Positions 1-13,739 of a DNA stretch of 64,000 nucleotides are shown here, piece after piece. A program made the translations under genes and the position numbers. Numbering within the stretch: the stretch's first letter is position 1; the number at the start of each line of letters is the position of its first letter. A model generated the notes under the pieces. That model was not told the DNA's origin. It worked only from the letters and a program-made list of their open reading frames with translations, and did not search any database. Origin of the DNA: Pristiophorus japonicus (Eukaryota). The stretch spans positions 189,472,001-189,536,000 of the forward strand of contig NC_091979.1 in assembly GCF_044704955.1 (NCBI RefSeq). The letters run 5' to 3'.

Positions 1-1038
1 TCCGAATAAAGCGCTTGCTTTGGGAGTCTTGTGTCGGGCATATGGACAATGTGGCCCGCCCAACAGAGCTGGTCGAGTGTGGTCAGTGCTTCGATGCTGG
101 GGATGTTGGCTTGATCGAGAACACGGACGTCGGTGCGTCTATCCTCCCGGGGATTTGCAGGATCTCGTGGAGACATCGTTGGTGGTATTTCTCCAGCGAT
201 TTGAGGTGCCTACTGTATATGGTCCACGTCTCTGAGCCATACAGGAGGGCGGGTATCACAACAGCCTTGTAGACCATGAGCTTAGTCGCAGATTTGAGGG
301 CCTGCTCGTCGGACACTCTTTTCTTCAGGCGGCCAAAGGCTGCGCTGGCGCACTGGAGGCGGTATTGAATCTCGTCGTCAATGTTTGTCCTTGTTGATAA
401 TAGGCTCCCGAGGTATGGAAAGTGGTCCAAGTTGTCCAGAGCCGTGTCATGGATCTTGATGACTGGGGGGCAGTGCTGTGTGGTGGGGGTCAGGCGTGTC
501 TTACGGATGTTTAGTGTAAGGCCCATGCTTTCGTGCGCCTCAGTGAAGATGTTGACTATGTCTTGGAGTTCAGACTCTGAACGTGCGCAGACGCATGCAT
601 CGACTGCGTGCTGCAGTTCGACGACAGAGGTTGGGACGGTCTTGGATCTGGCCTGGAGACGACGAAGGTTGAACAGGTTCCCACTGCTTCTGTAGTTTAG
701 TTCCACTCCAGCGGGGAGCTTGTTGAGTGTTAGGTGGAGCATTGCAGCGAGGAAGATTGAGGAGAAGGTTGGCGCGATGACACAGCCCTGCTTGACCCCG
801 GTCAAGATGTGGATTGGATCTGTAATGGATCCATTGGTCAGGATCACGGCCTGCATATAGTCATGGAGCAGGCGGAGAATGGTGACGAACCTTTGGGGGC
901 AGCCGAAACGGAGGAGGACGCTCCATAGGCCCTCGCAGTTGAGTGTGTCAAAGGTCTTTGTAAGGTCAAAGAAGCCCACGTACAAGGGTTGGTGCTGTTC
1001 CCTGCATTTTTCTTATAGCTGTTGCGCTATAAAAATCA
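1..1038 (-). mobile_element. RTE-clade LINE, 5'-truncated RT region running off the window's left edge
   Basis: ORF 83..985: FFDLTKTFDT, GVKQGCVIAPT, degenerate YADD (QHAVDA), FPYLGS, LLYGSETWT. Confidence 0.92.
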
Positions 1039-2479
1039 TGCCCGTTGTACCCCGTAGGTACTGAAGGATATATTAAAGTGTTAAAACATTGAAAAAAAGT
1101 CCCTCATTAGGCATGTCTGACTGATGTACATTTGATCATAAATACATAAAACCAACTATCATAGGTTGGTTGACAGACAGTGTAGAAGGCCGCAAGATAA
1201 TAGAAAATATCACTCAAATGGGCAGAATTCCTTCGTAATAGTTTGAGCCATTAAATTACATCCAAAATTGCTCACCGTCATGAAGCCTATTTTTTTTTAA
1301 TATAGGGAGCTTCTTTTTAGGCAGCAGGTTCAGTTGCTGTCTATAAATGCAGTGATAAGTTGGGCTGTACTGTATTTCAAATACAGTTAATCAGAGAGCT
1401 GCCAGTTTGCATGTCATCTACAGCACAGAACAGGAAAGTAATGGTGCAATTGGACACAGGTCAGCAACTCATTCAATAAAGGCATATTTTTAAAACTGTC
1501 ATACATGGGGCAGAAGCCATGTTGTCTAAATGCCAACCTGTCTGCGTCTCCACACTGTCCTTTACATCAACACGAAACATTTTCTATATACAAAGCTTGA
1601 CATTCAATGTATTGTTTTTAAATGCTGGATTCATATTAGTACTGCATCTTGGATTGTAATCATGTTATATTAAGCTGTGCTAGCTAACCTCTCTCCCACT
1701 CCCCCGCAAAACCCATCACTCCACCAGTGCCAAATCCTATTGATAACATCAATCCTATCAATTCCTTTCCAGAGCCAGCTACTTCACCTGTATGCCTTGC
1801 TATTTACATTTCATCCACAGAACACTCTCTTTACACTTTTCAAAATCCATCTCTTGTGAAATGCCCCATTCTCAAACTAAAACTCGGGTGATTTGTTCCC
1901 AGCCAGCAACCTATGCCCGTCACTGGTCACGAGGAGAGGAAAGGGTTAACCTGCAACTTCTGTCACCTGAAGAATGGGAGAATGATTTTTTTGTGGGCGT
2001 CAATGAATTTTTTTTTTTAAATCACTGACATTGTAGATTCTAACATCAATTTAGCGTTGAATATGTCAAAAAGAACCAAGTACCGTACTACTGTATCTCC
2101 TGAAGAACCCAATTCTGCTATTATGCTCTTCTCCATTTGACTAGCTGCTATGTTGGACGTTAAACTGTCTTGAGATGTCTGGCAGAACTTTGATGTCTAA
2201 TCTTTAGTAATGTATATATATCCATTATAGCAGAATGGCTTCATAGATTTGAACTATTCTTTTCCAAAGTAGATGATAAACAGACAGGGCCCAAACTTCA
2301 ATCTCCAAGCAGGCCTAGTCAATTTTGAAAATTAAAGCTCCAAGCTGAGCATTCATGACTCATCAGGAAATGAAGTTGAGGTACAAATCAGCCATAATCT
2401 AACAAAATGGCTCGAGGGTTCGAATGCCTGCCTCTACTGTTCCTACGTTCCCCAAGTTACAGTTGGACCAACAACATTG

Positions 2480-2913
2480 TAACTATTGTTCATTCACAAG
2501 CATGTACTGGCCACCATTCTAGACTGTATTTCCCGTTTGCTTACCCACCTAATTTCCTACCCTTTTCCCAGTCACTGCCTCCGATCATGCTCTTCCTGCC
2601 TCTCTCTGGCATACTGCACCATACCTCTTCAGATCTTCGCCCCTTCCAAAACAATTCCTCCACCGAGCTCTTATGCTGCCACCACCCCAGACACTTTTCC
2701 TTTCCTGAAAGGCCTACAGCCCCTCTCAATGGTGTGCATGGAGCAGCCACTCATTCCTCCTTTTTCAGTGCTTACTCAATTTACTAGAATCCAGAGACAA
2801 ACTGCTCCATTCCTTCTCATCCTCTTCTCCGTCCCTACACCCGAACTCCTTGTGATTCTCGAGCATGAACTTACAAATGTCCAATCTCATTAACCAACCC
2901 TCGCCCACTCGTA
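2480..2913 (+). mobile_element. Highly degraded L2-like LINE relic
   Basis: C/T-rich decayed sequence resembling the L2 relics elsewhere in the window; no intact motif. Confidence 0.3.
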
Positions 2914-4166
2914 GGGCCCAAGTTTCCACATAATTTGCGCCTGATTTTTTAGGAGCAACTGGTGGAGAACGGACTATCTTAGAAATCGCAATTCTCCACA
3001 TTTTTTTTTCTGCAGTTCTAGTCAGGTAGAACAGTTCCGCTTTGGAACAGAATTTTTTCTTAAAAAGGGGGCGTGTCCGGCCACTGACGCCTGATTTCAA
3101 AGTTTCCACAGTGAAAATGTACTCCAAACTAACTTAGAATGGAGCAAGTGAAGATTTTTGTAGAACTGAAAAAACCTGTTCTACACATTAAAAAATCAGG
3201 CGCAGGTTACAAATTAGGCGTCCAGAACGAGGTAGGGGGGAGGAGGGGAAGGGAAGTCATTAAATTCTACAATAAATCCTTATTTATACTTATACAAATA
3301 TTATACAAATAAATCCAACCTGAATAAACATTTATAAGCAAAGAAAAGATTAAATAAACCATCTTCCTACCTGTGTGAAAGTTCTTCAGGCAGGCCTTTC
3401 GGGACCGAAGGCTGAACGGGCCGGCCCGAGACTTCAGACAGGGCCCGTCCCCAGCACCAGATTTACAGGTAGGTGGCGTTGGGTCGGGTCGGGTCGGGGG
3501 AGGGAGGGAGAGAGAGAGAGAGAGGGGGAGAGAGAGGGAGGTCAGGTCGGATCCAGTCCGGGAGCGGGGGAGCACGAGTCGAGTCGGGTCCAGTCGGGGG
3601 GGGGGGGGTGGGGAGAGCGGGAGCAGGAGCGCGGGTCGGGTCCAGTCAGGGGGGGGGGGGGGGGGGGGGGGGAGCGGAGCGGAGCGGGAGTCGGGGGAGG
3701 GGGTCGGGGGAAGAGCAGGAATCGGGTCGGGTCCAGTCCGGGGGGGCGGGGAGCGGGTGCCGGGTCCGGTCCGGAGGGGGGGGGGGGGGGGGCGCGGTGT
3801 CGGGTCTGGTCGGGCGGGGAGCAGGAGCTGGTCGTGGGAGGAGCCTTATTCACGCAGCCCCAGTGAGGCCATTGGGCCAGGGCTAGGGGCTGCGTGCTTC
3901 GGGCCCCTCCCACAGTGTTTCGGACGCCTGGAGCTACTGCACTTGCGTGCCCACTGTAGCGCGCATGTGCAGAGGTCCCGGCACTGTTTTCAGCGCAGGG
4001 ACCTGGCTCCGCCCCCCCACAGCTCGTGCTGCGCTGCGCCGAGGGCCAGAGGAACTGCAGGGAGGTGGAGAATACCGAGGATTTTTTTAGGCGCACTTTG
4101 TGGCGCGAAAAACGGGCGTCCAGGTCGGGACTGCGCCGTTCTAGGCACGTGTGGAAACTTGGGCCC
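2914..4166. mobile_element. PIF/Harbinger-type non-autonomous element (MITE), family A copy 1
   Basis: Perfect 17-bp TIR gggcccaagtttccaca / tgtggaaacttgggccc; first ~470 bp nearly identical to 30522-30990; G-rich core; no clean TSD (gta/atg). Confidence 0.88.
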
Positions 4167-4374
4167 ATGGCCTTATCCTAATTGAGTAGTTACATCATGA
4201 CCCTGATCTAAACTGGGCACTGAGGGAAACTCCTCTCTCACTGCCACCATCCTGCCGAGTTACACATTCCATCATGTGCCCCATCCAAATACACAAAAAG
4301 GCTTGAAAAATTGGGGCTTTTTTCAAAAAAGATAAGGGGCGGGGGGGGGGGGGCGGTGGTGGGCAGGGTGGTAA

Positions 4375-4712
4375 CAGATAGGAGCTAACAAATATTTTCA
4401 AGATAATGAAAGGCTTTGAGAGGGCAAATAGTAATAGATCATTTGCATTAGTTCATGAATTATTAGAATAAATGTTTCCACACAGATGGTTATTGGAATA
4501 TGAATTGGGTTCTTCAGCAGCTACAGTAATAGGGTACTTGGCTATGAAGACAAAAACATAATTTAAAAGAAAACTGGTTAAGTAATGAATCAGAACGAAT
4601 AGAAAGTATATAGGAAAATTGGATTAGAATAATTAGCTCTGGCAAGGGTTAGTAATGGTACATGTGATGGGCTAAAGGGCCTCCTTCTGAGCTTTAATTT
4701 CTATGATTCTAG
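4375..4712 (+). mobile_element. Old CR1 3' end
   Basis: ttcaagataatgaaaggctttga ... gggctaaagggcctccttctg ... ttctatgattcta tail. Confidence 0.65.
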
Positions 4713-4729
4713 GATGATGACCAATAGAG

Positions 4730-5200
4730 TGAGGATAGAAGGAAGGGCATTTCAGTAAAGAAAGTACCAGGCTATCTGTAGGGGAAGGGACAAGAAGAGA
4801 ATCATTAAGCCACGACAATCTTGAGGAAGAGGTGGTGGAGTGAGGTGTTCATTCATGGCCAAAGTGTTTGACTATGGAGATAAGCGAAGTTATGATTTGG
4901 AGATAAGTGCAATATTGTCTCCATGTGGTCCAGACGAGAGTCACCTGCGCTTAAGGGTCAAAACATGGGTCTCAAGAAACATCATGGAGGATTTTGATAA
5001 TGGGAGGTGAGGGAGCATTGGAGAAGCTGCAAATTTTAGAAGCTGGGTTGTGAGGAGGGCTGGGAAGAGTGATGAGAGGACAGATGAAGAGACGGAGGGA
5101 AATAGACAGATGACCTTGACTTTAGAAATTGAGTCCGAGTTCCTCACAGGCCCATGGGTGAGGGTGGTGTTGGGAGAGTGCGGTCAGAGAGTTTGGTTTC
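4730..5200 (-). mobile_element. Degraded L2-like LINE fragment
   Basis: Purine-rich plus strand similar to the L2 at 55990-56900; motifs decayed. Confidence 0.45.
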
Positions 5201-5427
5201 TCGTGGAGAAAAAAAGGCCAGGAGTGGACCACAGAAATAGTTGGCCCTAGGTTTCACATATGCAATAGTTACCTGATTAAGACTGCAAAGTGTGTATAAA
5301 GCTTTGGAAAGGTTAGCAACATTACAGGATTTTCTATCCATCCCTACGCAGAATATTCTATTTGTATTTGGAGAATGGAAAAAAAAAAGAATTGCACCCA
5401 TTCTACTGGATAAGTGAAAAATACCAA

Positions 5428-6012
5428 GGGCCCGAAATTGGCGAAGGCCAAGGCCTTCCCAAGTGCCGCCGATGGCCACCAAGAGACCGGGCGGTACTTT
5501 GCCAGGAGGATTCCTCTAAAAGAGGTGGCAGTACCGCTCCACGGCCAAATAACGGCTTACGCCATCAATCTGGGTGGCAGGGGGCAGAAACTCTCAGTCT
5601 CAGCGGCAAATGAGATTGCCACCCAAATGCCGCCCAGGATGGAGTCGGGCCCAGGGAGAGTGGAAGACCTGAAAATGAAAATCATCACCCAAAAAAAACC
5701 CACCGGAAGACCTTCAGGGGAGCCCATACAGGTAAAATGCTGTTAAAAAAAATAATTAAAAGATGTTCATAACTTTTTTTTGCAGGTTTTCGTACTTACC
5801 ATCGGGGTTAGACCTGCCTCTATGCAGCAGTCTTCTCCCTGCTGCCGCTGACTCTCGCCCGAACTGGCAGCTCGGCGGGCAGGAGGACACTTGCGCTACT
5901 TGGCCGCCAGCGGGTGGTTCCCGGTGGCACCCCCCCCCCACCGGCTGCAGCCACTGGTACAGAGGGGAGAACGGCGGCAAAACTCGGCGGCAGGGCCACC
6001 AATTTCGGGGCC
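5428..6012. mobile_element. Harbinger-type MITE, family B
   Basis: 14-bp TIR gggcccgaaattgg / ccaatttcggggcc (1 mismatch), 3-bp TSD CAA on both sides, CpG-rich interior. Confidence 0.85.
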
Positions 6013-7939
6013 CAAGGGTTTTCAAACTAATTGAAGCATCATTTATTTGTATGGCATTTGATGGTCAAAAATACTCAACTTCTGACCTGTAAGTATGAGA
6101 ATCCTAAAAGTATAATGCTATGAATATCTGAACCGACCAATACTCTTTACAACCAAAGTGGCCATCAGTATACTTCAAATACAACGAGGGAAAGGTACCA
6201 ATTCTACAGGCCTGTACAACTTTTCCCAATACTGGCCACAAATTTGCCCAACAATTGGATTTCTCCTCAGCTCTGTTTTAATTACCAGTATCCAGGTCAC
6301 CCAAGTGCCAATCTATCACCTTGACAGCTCACAGTCTCACTCCAAACCACATCAATGTACCTCTTCCAAGAGAAGCTTTAAGATCCATCACAAAACTGCA
6401 AGACTTCCTTTTCACTTTGCAGTATTCTTATCAATTCAGAGTGTAGATTAAAGTAACAAAGTGGCTTTAATCACATGATTTATTCTATGCAGCCTGCAAC
6501 ATGCCCTTGTCAAAACTGTTGCCATAAGAGCCATGGCTTATCATAGGTTTTAATCAATGAGACAAAAATAAAGTATAACAAGGAAGTAGAATATAGTAAT
6601 TTCAAACCTGCTGTCCCACTCATGCAGGGATTCAAAATAAGGTTAGATAGTCCGACGGTTTTGAAAATAAATGCATCCATGTATCGAAGTAGAACTAATT
6701 TTCCAGAGAGATATTTTGCAGTATTTCACATTTAGGTTTTTTTTAAAAAAAGGACTCAATACATTGAGTTTTACAGGCATAATGCCATACTGATATGTCC
6801 CTATTTTTAGGCCTTATAAAGAAAACGACTTCCCAAAATAATTTCATTAAATGAAATTTGTTCTACAATTCTAGCTAAATGTTTTTAGTAGTAATGATAT
6901 TGGCTGCAGAGCTATGTCAAATTTCTTACATTTACCAAATGCAGTCTTTGAAAAATGAGATGACTGTAGGCAAAACTGGGAAAATGCAGTGGGTCAGTAA
7001 GTGCATGAACGCAAGGGAACAAGCTATCTGAAATGCATTAACAATCTTTTTTTTCCCAAGGTGATCTTTTTAATGTAATCGACTGTACTTACCCTTGATT
7101 ATGCCCTACAGCAGAAATATTGAAATATTTCAATGAAGTATAGAAACAGGAAATCCATGTGTGTGCAAATTGTATACAAGCATACTGTTTACCAAGCAAA
7201 TCATTACTTCATACTTCTGTTAAACTCTGCTATTAAAAGCAAACGGTGACATTATTCAACATTAACAAAAACTATTTCTCTGTGACTGTGCTAGGAATGG
7301 ACCATATTCATCCCAGCTATGATTGGTGGTTCTGAACATTAGGCAGCACGGACTTCATTGAACTTCTTGATACATACTTGGGCAATAGCAGGTTATCAAC
7401 AAAAATTCTGTTCGTGCATCACACTATCTACATGGCTCATTAAATCACATTTGGGTAGGAGAAAAACAATTCAGAATGCAATCAGACTGAGAAAAATAAA
7501 TGTATACAATGCCACTGAGAGCAAAGTGTTTTTGATATAGCACACAAAGCAAAAGTTAAACATTTTTCTAGAGGTGTAAAAGGAGCATAAAGCGGCAAAT
7601 GAGTGAGGGATATTAGTACTCGAAATTTGAACAATGTCTTATCTTGGTATTCACCAGCAGTATCAACTATACCCAGGTCAGAAACAGCTGAGGGGATACA
7701 CACAAATACTCTGGCAAGGATACCCATATCAGAGAAAGCACGGATTAGATCTAGGATCTCTCTACTCAGCCCCCAAAAAACCTCAACCTTAAGAGAACCT
7801 TGTACAACAACAATGCGATGTTTCCAAACCAGCAATTTTCATAGATCATTTTGTGCTAAACACTAAACCTCACTAAATTTTGTTTGCAGCCCCTTCCCTA
7901 GTTTGGTAGCATCAGTAAATTTAAACAGTTAAACAGTGA

Positions 7940-8248
7940 TGCTCCCAACGACAGCACCTTCCAAACCCGTGACTTCTACCATCTAGAAGGCCAAAGGCAA
8001 CAGGGCGCATGGGAACACCATCACTTCCAAATTCCCCAAATCACACACCATCCTGACCTGGAAATATATCGCCATTCCTTCATCATCACTGGGTCAAAAT
8101 CCTGGAACTCCCTACCTAACAGCATTTTGGGAGTACCTTCACTGCACGGACTGCAGCGGTTCAAGCTCCTTCTCAAGGGCAATTAAGAATGGGAAATAAA
8201 TGCTGGCCTTGCTAGCGATGCTCACATCCTGTGAATGAATTAAAAAAA
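7940..8248 (+). mobile_element. 3' end of an abundant chondrichthyan CR1-group LINE
   Basis: gggtcaaaatcctggaactccctacctaacagc ... aataaatgctggccttgctagcgatgctcacatcctgtgaatgaat followed by an A-tail. Confidence 0.7.
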
Positions 8249-8289
8249 CATTGATTCCTGGGGCATCTTACTCACAACCTCCCTGCCTC

Positions 8290-8660
8290 CAAATCCTCTA
8301 ATATGTACCCTTTGTTTTCTACCCTTCAAACAATTTTTTTAGCCATCTCAAAGATTTAACCTGGATCCCCACAACTTTGCAGTTTAACTACTAGCTTTTC
8401 ATGTAAAACATAGTCAAACCCCTTTTGGAAATCTAGGTACATCACATCGCAGAGTTTTCCAAGAGCACTTGACTTGGCACTTCAAAAAAATCAAGTGGCT
8501 TTGTGGGGCAGGATCTTCTGAAGCGATTTTGATGCAGTTTACGAGATTATCCTTAAATTTACTCCTGATAATCAATTCCATAATTTTACACAGAATTGAA
8601 GTCTCTGTTAGCAGCATGTGTCTTATTTGTCATTGTTTTTAAATAAGGGCACCACATTAT
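8290..8660 (-). mobile_element. Old CR1 RT fragment
   Basis: Minus strand encodes DVMYLDFQKGFD at about 8413-8448. Confidence 0.6.
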
Positions 8661-9004
8661 TTGTTTTGAGTCCTTCCATCACACTTGTAACAACAACAAA
8701 AGCAGTAGACACATTTTGAAGCAGTTTGTTGATCAAAATAATCATAGGCCTGCATATGCAACCATATTGGGATGGGATGTGATCAAGAATTAATTACTTG
8801 GCTTGGCTGGAGTCATTATGTATGTTTGATTGTTTCCTTGAACTGAGATTTTTGAAGCTTCTCATGGCAAGAACAAGGAAAAGGAAAGTTTTTTTGTACA
8901 ACGTGCAAGTTTTTTTGAAAAGAAATGTGCTGTATATTTCTTCTCGGAATACTTGATTTATTCTCTCAGCATCTGAAACCGCATCGTGCACAATTACCAA
9001 TAGT

Positions 9005-9190
9005 TATACAAAAGCAAAATACTGCGGATGCTGGAATCGGAAATAAAAACAGAAAATGCTGGAAATACTCAGGTCGTCAGGCAGCATCTGTGGAGGGAGA
9101 AACAGAGTTAACTTTCAGGTCGATGACCCTGCGTCAGAACTCGATGCTGCCTGACCTGCTGAGTATTTCCATCATTTTCTGTTTTTATCT
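9005..9190. mobile_element. Penelope-type palindromic repeat with degenerate hammerhead motif
   Basis: Arms aaaaacagaaaatgctggaaatactcag..caggcagcatc / gatgctgcctg..ctgagtatttcc..attttctgttttt; minus strand agtt-ctgacgc-agggtc-atc-gacct-gaaa-gttaact. Confidence 0.7.
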
Positions 9191-12074
9191 CTTAAATAGT
9201 TCGAATAGATCTTCTGGGATAGACTTCGGTTTGGACAGAATTTACCTAATTTATATTTAGCTAACCTATTTGAATGTTGAGAGTTTCAGGATGCCACTGT
9301 TCTAATCGTAAAATATACTGCAGGCAGAGTTTAAAAAAAAACAAATAGCACACCCTATCCAAGTTGTTTCACAGAAATTCCATCACTGCATTTGTATTTA
9401 CAGTGCTACAGGTAATGTACTTCAACCCCACCAAAATAGCGCAAAATGGAATTTAAAAAATACATTTCAAGAAGTGATCTGACTTCAAGTTAGTTATCTT
9501 ATACAGGTAACTTCATACATCATACTAATATGCATCTCATTATTAATGACAAATATCAATGCCTAAAGGCTTGAAAGTGGACTGCCTGGTGCAGCTATCA
9601 ATGTAAATAGTCTTTCACATCTTCACTTGCAGAAACCCGTTACTTGGAACCTCATTTGTTACCTTTTAATAAAAACCACATGCTCTTGTGTTGCTTTATT
9701 TGTCTTCTAACATTGGTTATTCTGAAGTCTGATTTCTGAAGGGCTGACAGCCTTATCAAATATTTTTCTGCCCTTTAATGAAGTGCCCAAGGCAATGCGC
9801 CAATTCATGTGGAAATATGCTTGAAATACATGGCTGTGTGTAGAGGGCACCACCAGCCCCTGGCAGAGATAAATCACTTACACCAGAATGTGATTAATAG
9901 CAGGCTGCTCCTCACGAATACAAACAACCAACGATATGCACAGATGCAGGTTGCCCTGTTCGCAAATATACAAAGTCTTTTCTTTCTCTAACATTTATTT
10001 TAATTTGGAAAAGGTTTGTAAATGGCTGTTATACAATTCCCATTTTTGAACTAATATTAAAAAGAGGACAAGCAGATGACACAGACATTTTCAGCAGTTC
10101 CTGACTGGGCGATTAGGTGGCACATCTAAGCATGCCTTCAGGGTGACAAGACGTATCTGTGAAAACGTTTATAGGTTGTATAGATCTGTTAGCCTGAGTG
10201 AGGATACAGTCACCACAAAGAGCTGACTGCAGTATGGAGTTGGGGAGGGGGGAGGGACAAAAGGAGAAAGGGAAAAGAAAAATGTATCTAACAAATGACA
10301 ATTATAAATAGAATGCTAAACTTAATGTATTTTTAATGTATTTTAGCTAGGGCTTACAGCAGCAAGTTTTCAAATGCTCCTTTTGGGATTTTTATCAATT
10401 CCCCTTTGAATGCCACACATCTCCAAGTGATACAATGGTTTACTGTCTCCAGTTCTGCAAAGATTGAAGTCCATTATGTACATTTAAGCACAGCATTTAT
10501 AATTCTTCAACTAAAACTTAAGTCTATCATCAATATATCAATGTGTGAAGGATTTCATTTTTGGGTTTCTCTGTCGAGACATCACACAACTTCCCCCGTT
10601 CTCACAAAGGTGCATGGTTCTGGCAATGGTGATGAAGTCCTGAAGGAATATAGGAGCCACTTCACAGGATTTAAAAAAATTATAGTCATGTGCAAGGTAT
10701 CAGCATCGGTGTTCGTCATGGCACACAAGGTCACACTGCACTTGCAAATATATAACATTTACTCAAAGGTAGTAATCTCTGGATTATTCCCGGTGCCACG
10801 TGCGAGTGAGTATAGAAATAGGAGGATAGAGCAGATGAATGTGTGGCTGGAGAGATGATGCAGGAGGGAGGGCTTCAGATTCCTGGGGCATAGGGGCCTG
10901 CACCTCAACGGAGCTGATGCAAACCTCCTCGTGAGGATATTGGTAAGTGCTGTCGGGGAGGGTTTAAACTAAATTGGCAAGGGGATGGACACCAGGATGT
11001 AGCATTAGAAAGGAGAAACACAGGGCACAAAGGATTGGGAGAGACGGATAGCACTAAAGCAAGAAACAGTAAGGTATTAGGTGAGGTCAGATTGAGAGCG
11101 AACACAGGATGGTCGAAGATAGGTTTACAGTGTATGTGTGTGAATGCATAAAGCATAGTAAGCAAGGTTGGTGAGCTGCAGGCACAAACAGCCATATGGA
11201 ATTTGATGTTGTGGCAATAACAGAGACCTGGCTCAAAAAATAGCAGGATTAGGTATTAAATATTCCTGGATATAGGGTGTTCAGGGAAGGAATGATAGGA
11301 GGTGGTGTGACAGTATTGGTTAAGGAGAATGCGACAGTGTTGGAGAGAGAGGATGTCCTGGAGGGGGCAAAACCAGAATCTATGGGGGCAGGTTTCCACA
11401 GGAATTGATCCTATTTTTTTGGAGCAACTAGTTTTTTTTGGAGTATCTTAAAAATCGCAATTCTCCACATTCAGTTCAAGTTTAGACAGCCAATAGTTAC
11501 TCCAAACTAACTTCGGTCAGCGTATGTGTCTACTTTTGTACACTCAGAAAAACCTTGCGGACACTTTAGAAATGAGGCGCAGGTAGCCAGAGATTGGGGG
11601 GGGGGGGGGGGAAGCTAGAGGATTTTCCAAACCACTAAACACCTTCACAATGACATTAAAGAAGCATAAGTACATTTAAAATACTAAGCACTAAACAAAG
11701 CACAAAAATTAGCATTCAATAACAAATAAAAAATACAAGGAAAGCAGCAAAACTTACAAAGCACAAAAAGTAATAAGCAAATAATTAACAAATAAAAAGT
11801 AGACAGAACCTAAAGCACCAAGACCAAAGTAATAAGCAATCAATAATAAACAACAAATAGAAGTCCTACCTTTATGTGAAGGGAAGGCAGCTGGCTGCCG
11901 ATGAGGGAGAGGGGGGAGGAGGGGAGAGTATGGAGGAGGGGAGAGTAGGGAGGAGGGGAGAAGGAGGGAGGGAGGGAGGAGGAGGGAGGGAGGGAGGAGG
12001 AGGAACGAGGGGGAGGGAAGGGGAGGGGGGAAAGGGGGAGGGGGGAGTAAGGGGGAGGAGGGAGGGGGGTGGTG

Positions 12075-13735
12075 GAGGGGGGTGGTAGAGGATGTGGAGG
12101 AGGGGGGTGGTAGAGGATGTGGAGGAGGGGGGTGGTGGAGGATGTGGTGGAGGGGGGTGGTAGAGGATGTGGAGGAGGGGGGTGGTAGAGGATGTGGAGG
12201 AGGGGGGTGGTGGAGGATGTGGAGGAGGGGGGTGGTGGAGGATGTGGTGGAGGGGGGTGGTAGAGGATGTGGAGGAGGGGGGTGGTAGAGGATGTGGAGG
12301 AGGGGGGTGGTGGAGGATGTGGAGGAGGGGGGTGGTGGAGGATGTGGAGGAGGGGGGTGGTGGAGGATGTGGAGGAGGGGGGTGGTGGAGGATGTGGAGG
12401 AGGGGGGTGGTGGAGGATGTGGAGGAGGGGGGTGGTGGAGGATGTGGAGGAGGGGGGTGGTGGAGGATGTGGAGGAGGGGGGTGGTGGAGGATGTGGAGG
12501 AGGGGGGTGGTGGAGGATGTGGAGGAGGGGGGTGGTGGAGGATGTGGAGGAGGGGGGTGGTGGAGGATGTGGAGGAAGGGGGTGGTGGAGGATGTGGAGG
12601 AGGGGGGTGGTGGAGGATGTGGAGGAGGGGGGTGGTGGAGGATGTGGAGGAGGGGGGTGGTGGAGGATGTGGAGGAGGGGGGTGGTGGAGGATGTGGAGG
12701 AGGGGGGTGGTGGAGGATGTGGAGGAGGGGGGTGGTGGAGGATGTGGAGGAGGGGGGTGGTGGAGGATGTGGAGGAGGGGGGTGGTGGAGGATGTGGAGG
12801 AGGGGGGTGGTGGAGGATGTGGAGGAGGGGGGTGGTGGAGGATGTGGAGGAGGGGGGTGGTGGAGGATGTGGAGGAGGGGGGTGGTGGAGGATGTGGAGG
12901 AGGGGGGTGGTGGAGGATGTGGAGGAGGGGGGTGGTGGAGGATGTGGAGGAGGGGGGTGGTGGAGGATGTGGAGGAGGGGGGTGGTGGAGGATGTGGAGG
13001 AGGGGGGTGGTGGAGGATGTGGAGGAGGGGGGTGGTGGAGGATGTGGAGGAGGGGGGTGGTGGAGGATGTGGAGGAGGGGGGTGGTGGAGGATGTGGAGG
13101 AGGGGGGTGGTGGAGGATGTGGAGGAGGGGGGTGGTGGAGGATGTGGAGGAGGGGGGTGGTGGAGGATGTGGAGGAGGGGGGTGGTGGAGGATGTGGAGG
13201 AGGGGGGTGGTGGAGGATGTGGAGGAGGGGGGTGGTGGAGGATGTGGAGGAGGGGGGTGGTGGAGGATGTGGAGGAGGGGGGTGGTGGAGGATGTGGAGG
13301 AGGGGGGTGGTGGAGGATGTGGAGGAGGGGGGTGGTGGAGGATGTGGAGGAGGGGGGTGGTGGAGGATGTGGAGGAGGGGGGTGGTGGAGGATGTGGAGG
13401 AGGGGGGTGGTGGAGGATGTGGAGGAGGGGGGTGGTGGAGGATGTGGAGGAGGGGGGTGGTGGAGGATGTGGAGGAGGGGGGTGGTGGAGGATGTGGAGG
13501 AGGGGGGTGGTGGAGGATGTGGAGGAGGGGGGTGGTGGAGGATGTGGAGGAGGGGGGTGGTGGAGGATGTGGAGGAGGGGGGTGGTGGAGGATGTGGAGG
13601 AGGGGGGTGGTGGAGGATGTGGAGGAGGGGGGTGGTGGAGGATGTGGAGGAGGGGGGTGGTGGAGGATGTGGAGGAGGGGGGTGGTGGAGGATGTGGAGG
13701 AGGGGGGTGGTGGAGGATGTGGAGGAGGGGGGGTG
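12075..13735 (+). repeat. 25-bp minisatellite (GGAGGATGTGGAGGAGGGGGGTGGT), about 66 copies
   Basis: Exact 25-bp periodicity; variants mostly in the first ~10 units. Confidence 0.97.
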
Positions 13736-13739
13736 GTGG

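Noticed and set aside
3267-4185. Overlapping GC-rich ORFs
   Set aside because: Low-complexity MITE core with no recognisable domain.
10100-10290. Strong minus-strand pyrimidine tract and acceptor near 10228
   Set aside because: No canonical donor or recognisable peptide; the frame continuing from the 27-nt exon's ATG hits a stop.
12075-13735. CRISPR-like array
   Set aside because: Head-to-tail units with no spacers; eukaryotic context.
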